Assembly: GCA_963663225.1 (NCBI GenBank)
Contig: OY760142.1
Coordinates: forward strand, 1,536,001 to 1,600,000
Direction: 5' to 3'
From: Nitrospirota bacterium
GTDB lineage: Bacteria; Nitrospirota; UBA9217
DNA: 64,000 nucleotides
The translations under genes and the position numbers were made by a program. Each line of letters begins with the position of its first letter. Position 1 is the first letter of the stretch. Below, piece after piece: positions 29,563 to 38,732 of the stretch. The notes under the pieces were generated by a model, which searched no databases, was not told where the DNA came from, and saw only the letters and a list, made by a program, of their open reading frames with translations.

Positions 29563-30309
29563 GTGAAAGTAGACGAAACCAAATGCGTAGGATGTGGTCG
29601 TTGCGTTGCATACTGCACCATGGGAGCAATCGGTTTTACCAGTGACAACCATGGCCGGATATGCGCTCGCGTTGATCAGGAAGAATGCGTGGACTGCGGC
29701 GTATGCTATCGGGCCGAGGTTTGTACAGGCAAGGCACTTTACGAACCGATGCCGGAATGGCCCCGGTCCGTACGCGGTACTTTCAGCAATCCGCTTGTGG
29801 AGCACAAGGAAACTCGAGTGCCCGGGCGGGGAACCGAGGAAATGAAAACCAATGACATTACCGGCCGTTTTAAGTTTGGGGAAGCCGGAATGGCGATTGA
29901 GATGGGACGGCCGAGCACAGGGGCGCGTTTTTCCGACATCGAGAAGGTTGCCATGGCTATCGCATCGCTGGGAGGCATAGTTTTCGAACCGAGGAATCCC
30001 GTGACGACGCTCATGGTTGATAAAAACGCCGGCAAGATGAATCCGGAAATCATGAATGAAAAAGTTTTGTCCGCAATTATCGAGATGACCGTTCCCCTGG
30101 GACGGGTCCAGGAGATAATTGCAGCCGTAAAAAAAGTGACGAAGGAGATTTCCACGGTATGCAGTTTTGACCTCACTTGCAAGGTTCATCAGGGAGATGC
30201 GACTCCTGCTTTTGACCTGGCCCTGGCAGCCGGTGTGAAGCCGACGCCCAACGGAAAAACGAACATCGGGCTCGGGAAACCGTTCTTTGTTGAGGAGGCA
30301 GCGCGATGA
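29563..30309 (+). CDS. uncharacterised 2[4Fe-4S] ferredoxin-domain protein
   Basis: CVGCGRCVAYC and CVDCGVCYRAEVC, then a domain containing GRGTEEMKTND; AGGAG SD before the GTG. Confidence 0.8.
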   Translation: MKVDETKCVGCGRCVAYCTMGAIGFTSDNHGRICARVDQEECVDCGVCYRAEVCTGKALYEPMPEWPRSVRGTFSNPLVEHKETRVPGRGTEEMKTNDITGRFKFGEAGMAIEMGRPSTGARFSDIEKVAMAIASLGGIVFEPRNPVTTLMVDKNAGKMNPEIMNEKVLSAIIEMTVPLGRVQEIIAAVKKVTKEISTVCSFDLTCKVHQGDATPAFDLALAAGVKPTPNGKTNIGLGKPFFVEEAAR

Positions 30310-30947
30310 GCCATACATTACATCGGCGGGGAACACGGGAGAGTCTGAAGAAAGATTTTGTTCTGTTTGCCATGTCGGCAAAAGGCATTAACGAAGTGGG
30401 GTCCAATACGAAGCTGAAACGGTTCCTTGAAATCGTGAGCGAATATGGCCCGGTGAATGTCGGCGACATGAGAACGGGAAACAGCTTTATAACCCCCCAG
30501 CAGGAGATTGTCAACAAGACACGCGATACATCCATCGTGCATGGCGTATTCGACAACCGGGAGTCGCTCATCAAGGCGATGAAGGCGTTGAAAGATGAAG
30601 ATCTGGGCATCTCCGTGATCGTGTCCGGCCTTTTCGACGAGGTCCAGGAGTGCTGCAAGCAGGCCGGCGTCAAACGGCATACGTGCGAAACGTCTCTCGG
30701 CATTTGGGGGAAGACGGAGCGGCTGCCCGACGAAGATATTCTTCGGTTCACGACTATGTGCGGGCATGGCCAGGTGCCGTTTAATCTGGTCAGAAAGATG
30801 ATTGCCGATATCAAAGAAGGTAAACGGACGGTTCAGGAGGCGGCGGTGGAGTTGGCAAAACCCTGCCAGTGTGGAGTCCTTAATCCCAATCGCGCCGCAG
30901 AGATGCTTGAAGAAATACTGTGCCTGTGGGGCATACGGGTCTCTTAA
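30306..30947 (+). CDS. conserved hypothetical protein with Cys motifs
   Basis: ATGA overlap with the upstream gene; SHTLHR, TMCGHG and CQCG motifs. Confidence 0.8.
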   Translation: MSHTLHRRGTRESLKKDFVLFAMSAKGINEVGSNTKLKRFLEIVSEYGPVNVGDMRTGNSFITPQQEIVNKTRDTSIVHGVFDNRESLIKAMKALKDEDLGISVIVSGLFDEVQECCKQAGVKRHTCETSLGIWGKTERLPDEDILRFTTMCGHGQVPFNLVRKMIADIKEGKRTVQEAAVELAKPCQCGVLNPNRAAEMLEEILCLWGIRVS

Positions 30948-30980
30948 GAGCAAGGCGACTGTTTACAGGTGGAGGGAATA

Positions 30981-31535
30981 ATGAAACGTATCTGGGTGGA
31001 CCGGGAAAAATGCCTGGGTTGTAAAACTTGCGAATTGCAGTGCGCAGTGGAGCGAAATTCAGTAACCAAAAAGCTGTTCGACGCGGTACGGGAGAACCCA
31101 AAGCCGGTAGCGCGTGTCGGGGTTTTCGGACCGAGCGGGGCGAGTTTTCCGCTCCAGTGTCGCCATTGTCAGGACGCCACCTGCTTGATGGCCTGCCCTG
31201 CGGGCGCAATGCAGCGGGATCCGGAAACAGGGACGACGTTCGTTGCCCAGGACAAGTGCAGGGGCTGCTGGATGTGTGTTATGTCCTGCCCCTTCGGCAC
31301 GGTAACTCCGTCGGCAAAATACAAAGTAGCGATGAAATGTGATGCCTGTGCGCATATGGAGCAGCCTGCCTGCGTCGCGTCCTGTCCGACCGGCGCGCTC
31401 GTCTATGGCGATGAGGAGGCGTATGCGAAGGTACTGGCTGTAAAGCGGGGCAACATAGCTGTTTTCGTCAATTCGACAGCGCCGCAAGGGCGGTCGAAGG
31501 CGCTCAGTTTGGACTTTTCAAAGGAGGATAAATAA
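30981..31535 (+). CDS. CooF-like 4x[4Fe-4S] electron-transfer protein
   Basis: CLGCKTC, CRHC-C-CP, CRGCWMC-CP, KCDAC-CP; immediately upstream of the CooS-like gene. Confidence 0.88.
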   Translation: MKRIWVDREKCLGCKTCELQCAVERNSVTKKLFDAVRENPKPVARVGVFGPSGASFPLQCRHCQDATCLMACPAGAMQRDPETGTTFVAQDKCRGCWMCVMSCPFGTVTPSAKYKVAMKCDACAHMEQPACVASCPTGALVYGDEEAYAKVLAVKRGNIAVFVNSTAPQGRSKALSLDFSKEDK

Positions 31536-31539
31536 TCTT

Positions 31540-32988
31540 ATGAAAGAAGTTCGGAAAAAATCGTTTGATGCGGCCACCAATGAGATGCTTATCAAGGCCC
31601 ATCGCTCAAAGACGGAAGTGATCTGGGACCGTGCTGACGCAATGCAGCCCCAGTGTGGTTTTGGACGCATGAACATCTGCTGCAGCGACTGTTCTGAAGG
31701 TCCCTGCCGGGTGAACCCGTTTGCCGACGTTCCGCAGCAGACGATATGCGGACGGACGCAGGCAGATCTGGTTTCCGGAAGTTTTCTGAAGCAGGCTGCG
31801 GACGGAGCGGTTGCTTTTGCCGGCCTGGGACTTGAGTTTAATGCAAAGCTGGACGCTCGTGCGCTGCAGACGGTATGCACGACCAGGGACAGTATGCTCG
31901 CTCCCGCGGATTATTCCTTCCGGGTATCGGAAATCGGCCAGACGGTTGCAAAGACATTGCAGGCGATCCGTGAGGTCAAGGAACAGGTATATGGAAAAAC
32001 GGAACCCAAGGTTGTGGCAGCAAATATGGGCGCGCTGAAAGCCGATGCCGCAAACATTGTGCTGCTCGGCCATACGGCGCCCCAGCTTGTTCAGGCGGTC
32101 GTGAATGCCGCTTCAAAGCATGCGGTCCCGTGTAATGTCGTGGCTCTGTGCGGTGGTGAAGCGAACGGCGGGCTTCCGGTATTGACGAATTACGACTCGC
32201 AGGAAATGCCGCTGCTGACTGGAGCGGTTGATCTGCTGATTACCGGTTCGCAGTGTGTCATGCCGGCGACCGTGTCCTTGGCGAAAACCAGGAAGGTGGC
32301 ACTGCTCGCTGCATCCGCATTGAATGATGAAAAGAAAATTAAAGAAGCTGTTGAAACGGCCGCACAGGCTTTCCAGCAGCGGCGTGGAAAAGATGTTCAA
32401 ATTCCGGGTGCAGTGGAGCAGGTGAACTCGGGATTCACGGCGGCGAACAGCAAACAGGCATTTAAAGCATTGCAAACGGCAACCGCCAAGGGTGCTCTCA
32501 AGGGAATGGTCTATCTCGGCGGATGCGGTAATATCGCGCAGACCCAGGATGCCCGGATCGTCCAGACGGCCGAAAAACTGCTCGCGGATGGATATGTGCT
32601 TGTTACCGCCGGCTGTGCGGGCGCAGCTCTGGCAAAGGCGGGCATGTGCCGTCAGGAATATGCGGCGAGGGAAGGATTGAAGAACATCGCGGAGCTCAAT
32701 CTTCCTCCGGTGCTTCATATCGGGGCTTGCCACGATGCCGATTGGTTCCTTGAGATGGCCAGGGACGCTAAAACAAACGGCGTGCCTGTTTTTGTCGTTC
32801 TGCAGGAAATCAACCACAACAAGGTTCTGGCAACTGCCGTTGCCTTTGCCTCACAGGGATTAAAAACCTATGTTGATATGGGCGAAGCGGCAAGCCTTCC
32901 CGGGCTGAAACTGCCGGGGGAATTGCTTCCGCTGGCAGAATTGCCGCAGTTGATGCCGAAGCCGGCAGCCGTTGCCGCCGCACGATAA
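31540..32988 (+). CDS. divergent, shortened CooS (Ni-CODH/HCP superfamily)-like protein
   Basis: QPQCGFG...CCxxC-GPC...ICG (D/B cluster Cys) plus LGH, ALCG, QCVMP, GGCGN, TAGC and GACHD; 482 aa. Confidence 0.85.
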   Translation: MKEVRKKSFDAATNEMLIKAHRSKTEVIWDRADAMQPQCGFGRMNICCSDCSEGPCRVNPFADVPQQTICGRTQADLVSGSFLKQAADGAVAFAGLGLEFNAKLDARALQTVCTTRDSMLAPADYSFRVSEIGQTVAKTLQAIREVKEQVYGKTEPKVVAANMGALKADAANIVLLGHTAPQLVQAVVNAASKHAVPCNVVALCGGEANGGLPVLTNYDSQEMPLLTGAVDLLITGSQCVMPATVSLAKTRKVALLAASALNDEKKIKEAVETAAQAFQQRRGKDVQIPGAVEQVNSGFTAANSKQAFKALQTATAKGALKGMVYLGGCGNIAQTQDARIVQTAEKLLADGYVLVTAGCAGAALAKAGMCRQEYAAREGLKNIAELNLPPVLHIGACHDADWFLEMARDAKTNGVPVFVVLQEINHNKVLATAVAFASQGLKTYVDMGEAASLPGLKLPGELLPLAELPQLMPKPAAVAAAR

Positions 32989-33003
32989 CGCTGGAGGATG
33001 CGC

Positions 33004-34218
33004 ATGTATATTATCATTGGTCAGGGGATAGCGGGCGCCACGGCCGCCATGACGCTGCGAAAACTGGACCCCCGGACTCCCGTGACAATTATTACCGATG
33101 AACATGATTATTTGTACAGCCGGATAGATTTGCCGGATATTATAGCCGGAAAACTGAAGCCGATTGACGCCATGCTCCAACAGGTGGAAAACCTTGCAAA
33201 CGACAACGTAATCTGCATCATGGGAGACAAGGTTGCGGCAGTGACTCCTGCGCAAAAAACAGTAGAGCTCGCTTCAGGAACGCTCCTGAAATACACGAAA
33301 CTGCTTTTTGCCACGGGATCCGCACCCATCATGCCGTCTCTTCCCGGCATTGACTCTCCCGGCGTGTACAGTTTGTGGACGATGCGTCAGGCAAAAGAGA
33401 TCGTTCATGCCGCTGAACGTGCTCAGAGTGCCGTGGTGGTCGGGGCGGGCTTGATCGGGCTTAAAACAGCGCTTGCGCTGAAAGCGCGCGGCTTGAAGAC
33501 AACGATTGTTGAAAAACTGCCCCGCGTACTGCCGCGCCAGCTTGATGATGCATCCTCAGACATGCTGGCGGACAAAGTCCGAAGCAAAGGCGTTGATGTT
33601 CTGGTCAATACGACGGTTGAGGGTATCGCGGTCTCTCAGGGGGCCGTGAGCGGCGTGCGTTTGTCCGGCGGTGTTCTTCCTGCCGAAATGGTCGTCATGG
33701 CCATCGGAGTAAAGCCGAACAAGGAGCTTGCTGCTGCAACAGGGATTAAAACGGGGCGCGGCATCATTGTCAATGAATTCCAGGAAGCATCCATGCCGGA
33801 TATGTATGCCGCAGGGGATGCCGCAGAAGTACTTGATCCTCTTACCGGGGAATTGACGGTACCGGCCATCTGGCCGGTTGCTGTGGAGCAGGGCCGGATT
33901 GCCGCAAGCAACATGGCCGGTTTCAAGGAAACATACGACGGCACTGCCGCCATGAATGCTGTTGAAATCGGCGGCATGCCGCTGGTGTCGATAGGCGATA
34001 TTGAAGGGAAAGCGGGCGACGTCTGCCTGATTGCGCAGAAATATGATGCCTACCGGAAAGTCGTTGTGCGCGATACTATTGTCAAGGGTGTGCTCTGCCT
34101 GGGAGACATTCGCCAGGCGGGGGTGATCGGCAGACTGGTATCGCATCCCGTGGACATCAAAGAGGTTGAAAGGCTGATCTCTCCGTACTTCAGCTATGCA
34201 GATTTAATAGCCGTGTAG
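33004..34218 (+). CDS. FAD/NAD(P)-dependent oxidoreductase (NirB/rubredoxin-reductase-like, FNOR)
   Basis: GxGxAG, ATGS, GAGLIG, YAAGD; GGAGG SD. Confidence 0.9.
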   Translation: MYIIIGQGIAGATAAMTLRKLDPRTPVTIITDEHDYLYSRIDLPDIIAGKLKPIDAMLQQVENLANDNVICIMGDKVAAVTPAQKTVELASGTLLKYTKLLFATGSAPIMPSLPGIDSPGVYSLWTMRQAKEIVHAAERAQSAVVVGAGLIGLKTALALKARGLKTTIVEKLPRVLPRQLDDASSDMLADKVRSKGVDVLVNTTVEGIAVSQGAVSGVRLSGGVLPAEMVVMAIGVKPNKELAAATGIKTGRGIIVNEFQEASMPDMYAAGDAAEVLDPLTGELTVPAIWPVAVEQGRIAASNMAGFKETYDGTAAMNAVEIGGMPLVSIGDIEGKAGDVCLIAQKYDAYRKVVVRDTIVKGVLCLGDIRQAGVIGRLVSHPVDIKEVERLISPYFSYADLIAV

Positions 34219-34283
34219 TTTGCGATAAAACCGGCTTGCTCTCACAAAGGCGAGCTGATACAATGGACGCAAGGAGGTTGGCC

Positions 34284-35270
34284 ATGTCTATTAAAACGAA
34301 AGCAGCCCTGCTGAAAGGGCCTTACGACATTGATCTTATGGACCGCGAGCTGGTTTGCGGCGAAGATGAGGTTATCGTAAAGAACCATTTAATAGGGATT
34401 TGCGGGTCAGATAAGAGCTTTTACCGCGGACAGCTTCCGCCTAAAACAGCCGAATTCAGACAGGAGCCGAAATTTCCCTTCTACCTGGGCCACGAAAGCG
34501 GCGGCACTGTTGTTGAAATCGGTTCAAAAGTGAGGGATTTCAAAGTCGGCGACAAGGTCATCTGTTTTGGCTGGAACAACAATTATGCGACATACTTCCT
34601 TGCAAAGGACTTCCAGTTGCAGCCAGTTCCGGACGGTCTGGAAATGGATTTTGCCGCTCTTGGTGAACCCATATCGTGCGCCATGTATTCCGGTCTTCAT
34701 TCAGGGGTTCAGTTGGGAGACGTTGTTGTCGTCATGGGCGGCGGGTTTGCCGGGCAGATCATTGCGCAATGCGCAAAACAAAAGGGCGCCTATAACGTGA
34801 TCGTGGCCGATGTTCTTGATGGAAAACTGAAACTGGCCAAACAATTGGGTGCTGATATAACGGTGAATCTGAAAAAAGACAACCTTGCGGCAGTCGTGTC
34901 GGATCTTACAAAAGGCCGGGGTGCAGACGTGGTTGTGGAGGCGGCCGGATCGGAAAGCTCGTTCAACACAGCCTCTGAAATCATCAAGCATAACGGCAAA
35001 TTTGTTTTTTACAGCTGGGTGACACAGCCCGTTACCCTGAACATCAGCCGCTGGCATGACGACGGACTGGAATTTGTGAATACCTGCCTGGTCCATCATA
35101 CCTGGCGGGAGCGGTATGTCTGGACTCCCGCAACGCTCCGCCCCGTCATTCAGGGGCAGGTCCAGATCCGGCCGCTTATAACGAACGAGTTCAAGCTGGA
35201 GGATATCAAGGCCGGCTTTGATCTCGCCGACAAGGATGATACCGCGATCAAGATCGTTTTCAGAATCTAA
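34284..35270 (+). CDS. Zn-dependent medium-chain alcohol dehydrogenase family protein
   Basis: GICGSD, GHE, EP, GGGFAG; no structural-Zn Cys4 loop; AAGGAGG SD. Confidence 0.9.
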   Translation: MSIKTKAALLKGPYDIDLMDRELVCGEDEVIVKNHLIGICGSDKSFYRGQLPPKTAEFRQEPKFPFYLGHESGGTVVEIGSKVRDFKVGDKVICFGWNNNYATYFLAKDFQLQPVPDGLEMDFAALGEPISCAMYSGLHSGVQLGDVVVVMGGGFAGQIIAQCAKQKGAYNVIVADVLDGKLKLAKQLGADITVNLKKDNLAAVVSDLTKGRGADVVVEAAGSESSFNTASEIIKHNGKFVFYSWVTQPVTLNISRWHDDGLEFVNTCLVHHTWRERYVWTPATLRPVIQGQVQIRPLITNEFKLEDIKAGFDLADKDDTAIKIVFRI

Positions 35271-35314
35271 GAGCGGATTGCACAGTAAGACCGCTGTGAT
35301 ATGAAGGAACTGAG

Positions 35315-35366
35315 GGGGACGTTTTTGCCGCATGATTCTGCGGTGTAAACGTCCCCGCCTATTTTT
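35315..35366 (+). terminator. hairpin, probable terminator after the CooS-like operon
   Basis: GGGGACGTTT...AAACGTCCCC with inner CCGCA/TGCGG, followed by TATTTTT. Confidence 0.5.
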
Positions 35367-35555
35367 GTGGCTGCAAAGAGCTGTTGATACCAGCGGTGAG
35401 AAGACAATTTTTTCTTTCCCTTGTCCATAAAGAAATCCTTGACAACCCCTTGAATAAGCCCTACCCTTAAGCAAGAAATCAGATGTTATGCAGAAGATTA
35501 TGGGCGTTCTATTGCCGGAATACCGCTGCTTCCACGACCAGAAGGACGAATATCT

Positions 35556-36026
35556 ATGCAGAGTCCTATGAAAAAGCTAATCTCCATCTTTCTGCCGGTG
35601 GTCTTGCTTTTTCTGGCTGCTGTTGCAGCTGTAGCCGTACTAGCGAACAATCTGAACAAAGAGAGCAAGCTGTTTGTGGACGCTGCTGTTCCTGCTATTA
35701 TAGCGGATTGGGACGTAAGGGAAATTCAAAAACGCGCCAGCCCCGAATTCAATGCAACCGTCGACTATGACGATATGCTGCAGATGTTTGACATCCTGCG
35801 AGACTTGGGGGATTTGCAGGAATATTACGAAGCTGCGGGCGAGTCGAAGATAACGATTTCTTTTGAAAGCGGCCTTGTGATTACCGCTTTGTATGAAGCA
35901 AGCGCTGATTTTGAAGAAGGGTCTGCCGACATACAGATATCCCTCATCAGGCATGGCGGACAATGGCAAATCCTCGGTTTTAAGGTCGCTCCCGGTGAAC
36001 GGGAAGAAAGAAAAAACATCATCTGA
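35556..36026 (+). CDS. hypothetical membrane-anchored protein
   Basis: N-terminal TM helix; stop overlaps the next ATG (TGATG). Confidence 0.7.
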   Translation: MQSPMKKLISIFLPVVLLFLAAVAAVAVLANNLNKESKLFVDAAVPAIIADWDVREIQKRASPEFNATVDYDDMLQMFDILRDLGDLQEYYEAAGESKITISFESGLVITALYEASADFEEGSADIQISLIRHGGQWQILGFKVAPGEREERKNII

Positions 36027-36637
36027 TGAACACGCTTATCAGTACGATTGAAATACTGGGAATCATTGCTTTTGCGCTCACCGGAATTTACGAGGCGCGG
36101 AAAAAAGGGATGGATATAATCGGCGTTTACGCCGTGGCGATGATAACGGCCTTCGGCGGCGGGTCATTGCGGGACATCATTTTGAACCGTCATCCGCTCT
36201 TCTGGATCGAACATTCTCAGTATGCCATTTTGCTGCTGCTGATATCTCTTATATCGGTTGCGATCATGAAAGACAAGTTGAACCGCAAAGGAACGGTCAC
36301 GCTTGTGCTGGCGCTCGATGCGCTCGGATTGGGGTTGTTCAGCGCGTCGGGTGCCTCGGTGGCCCACCAAGCCGGATGTACTGCATTCGTTTCGTCGCTG
36401 CTCGGGGTCATCACCGGCGTGTTCGGTGGGGTCATGCGCGACACCATCTGCAATGAAATCCCCTATGTATTTCAAAGGACTGAGCTGTATGCCACATGTT
36501 CCTTTATCGGCGCCTGGGCGTATCTGCTGATGACGCAGGGCATGGTGAACGAAATTGCGGCGGTTCTTGCGTGCATACTGATCACATTTTTCTTGAGAAT
36601 GCTGGCAATACGATATAAAATCAGACTTCCCATATAG
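36026..36637 (+). CDS. TRIC/YadS-family membrane protein
   Basis: Duplicated TAFGGGSLRD / TGVFGGVMRD motifs and DALGLG. Confidence 0.9.
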   Translation: MNTLISTIEILGIIAFALTGIYEARKKGMDIIGVYAVAMITAFGGGSLRDIILNRHPLFWIEHSQYAILLLLISLISVAIMKDKLNRKGTVTLVLALDALGLGLFSASGASVAHQAGCTAFVSSLLGVITGVFGGVMRDTICNEIPYVFQRTELYATCSFIGAWAYLLMTQGMVNEIAAVLACILITFFLRMLAIRYKIRLPI

Positions 36638-36713
36638 TCGAGTACGGCAGCACAGCGGCGCGAAGCGCGCGACGGCTTTGTGTAGCACTGTTTGCCCGCC
36701 AAGGAGGTTGGTA

Positions 36714-37502
36714 ATGGAGGCTGTGAATATGCACAGCAACGGAGTGGTTCAGAACTCGGAACGCGAGAAGCGCCTCGTAGTTGTTGTCGATGGTGAAGGG
36801 GCGCACCTGTATTATACCAGCATGCTGCTCCAGCGTCTCGAATACAATATTCATACGTCAAAATCCGCGGAAGACGCACTGGAGGTCGTGAATGTCGCAG
36901 AACCCGCGCTGGTGCTGACGGAAATGAACCTGCCGGGAATGAACGGCCTCGAACTCCTGAAAACACTTAAACGGAACCCGCAAACGCACAAGGTGCCGGT
37001 AATCATTCTTACCTCTTCAAAGGACCAGTCCATAAAAAGCGCCTGTCTGGAAGAAGGGTGTGCGGCTTATTTTTACAAACCGGTGGACGCAGATATGCTG
37101 TATGCGGCAATCCAGAAGGCCTCAGAAACCACACCGCGCCAGTTTATCCGCCTCCAGACTTGTTTAAACGTAATGATCGGCGACGACAAGACTGCAGCCC
37201 ATACCGTGATCTCCGATTATGTAACTGCCTTGTCCGAACAAGGCATGTATGTGAGCACCTCGCAGCCCAAACCGGTGGGCCTCCAGATCCCCATCACAAT
37301 TTTCCTGGAGGATGCGCAAATAAAAGTGGAGGGGATGGTCTTGTACAGTTTCAAACGTGAAGAAGGGCCCTTAAAAACCTCAGGGATGGGAATTAAATTC
37401 GTCCAAATCAAACCGGAAGACCAGCGACTGATCAAGTCCTTCATCAAAAAAGCGATTACCAAAGGCCTTACTATGGGGCAGATGGGCGGCACGATCCTCT
37501 GA
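36714..37502 (+). CDS. receiver-like plus PilZ domain protein
   Basis: REC with Glu at the phospho-Asp site (LVLTEMNLPG), KP; PilZ RQFIR...LSEQG...GMGIKF. Confidence 0.85.
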   Translation: MEAVNMHSNGVVQNSEREKRLVVVVDGEGAHLYYTSMLLQRLEYNIHTSKSAEDALEVVNVAEPALVLTEMNLPGMNGLELLKTLKRNPQTHKVPVIILTSSKDQSIKSACLEEGCAAYFYKPVDADMLYAAIQKASETTPRQFIRLQTCLNVMIGDDKTAAHTVISDYVTALSEQGMYVSTSQPKPVGLQIPITIFLEDAQIKVEGMVLYSFKREEGPLKTSGMGIKFVQIKPEDQRLIKSFIKKAITKGLTMGQMGGTIL

Positions 37503-37617
37503 TGCGACTGGCGGAAAAATGCCGGAGGCCGTAAAGAAATAGGATGCTTCGTGCTTCTCTCGTTAGACGCAATAAATCTCCCCTCACGCATCACGAGACC
37601 CCCCGCTTCTCAGGAAG

Positions 37618-37890
37618 GTGAAAATGCTTTGTCGTGCTGATTGCGGCGCGTGCTGTATTGCACCGTCGGTCTCCTCTCCAATACCGGGAATGCCCGAAGG
37701 AAAATCAGCAGGCGCCAGATGTATCCAACTTACCCCGGACAACCGCTGCCGCTTATACGGCAGGCCTGAACGCCCTGCCGTCTGCTTATCGTACCGGCCG
37801 ACCATGGAATTTTGCGGATCAGATCAAAGCGAGGCCTTGCTGCTGCTGGAACGGCTTGAGAGGATGACACGCAGTTCACGCAAAAAATGA
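37618..37890 (+). CDS. YkgJ-family cysteine-cluster protein
   Basis: CRADCGACC, C...CRLY...RPAVC. Confidence 0.88.
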   Translation: MKMLCRADCGACCIAPSVSSPIPGMPEGKSAGARCIQLTPDNRCRLYGRPERPAVCLSYRPTMEFCGSDQSEALLLLERLERMTRSSRKK

Positions 37891-37903
37891 CGTGGGGTTG
37901 CCC

Positions 37904-38667
37904 ATGGCGGACACCATCTCCAGAACCTGGGAGTCTCTGGTCCACAACAGGAAAAAGCGCATTCTTTTTATTGTCGATGACGATCCCTCCGCTCTTTATT
38001 ACACCGGGATGCTTCTTCAGCGTCTTGATTACAGTGTGTATACAACCCGCATGGCGGAAGAGGTGCTTGAGATAGTAAAGTTTGCCGTGCCGCTGCTGAT
38101 CCTGACGGAGGTCAACTTGGGAGGCATGGATGGGATTACATTTCTGAAGCGCATTAAAAAAGATCCAAAAACGGCATCAGTGCCGGTCATTGTTTACACG
38201 GCATCTGCCGATCCGTCGTTGAAGCACTCCTGCCAGGAGAGCGGATGCAGCGTTTTCTCAGAAAGCCATTCGATCCGGCTGAGCTCTATGCGGCAGTTCA
38301 GAAAGCAACGGAGGAAAAGCCGCGACGGTACATACGCCTTCGCGCCTGCTTGCCGGTCCTGCTTGGGGAAGACAACGGGCAGGAACGCGCGCAGATGGAT
38401 TGCATAACGGCCTTGTCGGAAGAAGGGATGTATGTGAGCATGTTCAAGCCGCTGCCGGTCGGGACACAGCTCCCAATGGTTCTTTTTCTGGGCAAGGCAC
38501 GGATTCGGATCCAGGGAACAGTCCTGTATAGTTTTGACACCGGGAGCGGACCGCTGCACACATTCGGGATGGGAGTGAAGTTTACGCGGATTAAACAGGA
38601 ATACAGAATTCTTATAAGAGCTTTTATCAAAAAAGAGCTTACTCAGGATATTGCTCTGGATGTGTAA
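37904..38667 (+). pseudogene. frameshifted receiver-like plus PilZ paralogue (real lesion or sequencing error)
   Basis: REC half in ORF 37892-38407, PilZ half in ORF 38245-38667. Adding one T to TTTT at 38253-38256 gives ...ESGCSVFLRKPFD..., colinear with the paralogue's EEGCAAYFYKPVD. Confidence 0.8.
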
Positions 38668-38732
38668 AAAGGGTAAACGCGGACACTATACCTGATGAGC
38701 TTTCCGCCGTTTCTATTCACGTTGGACAAACA

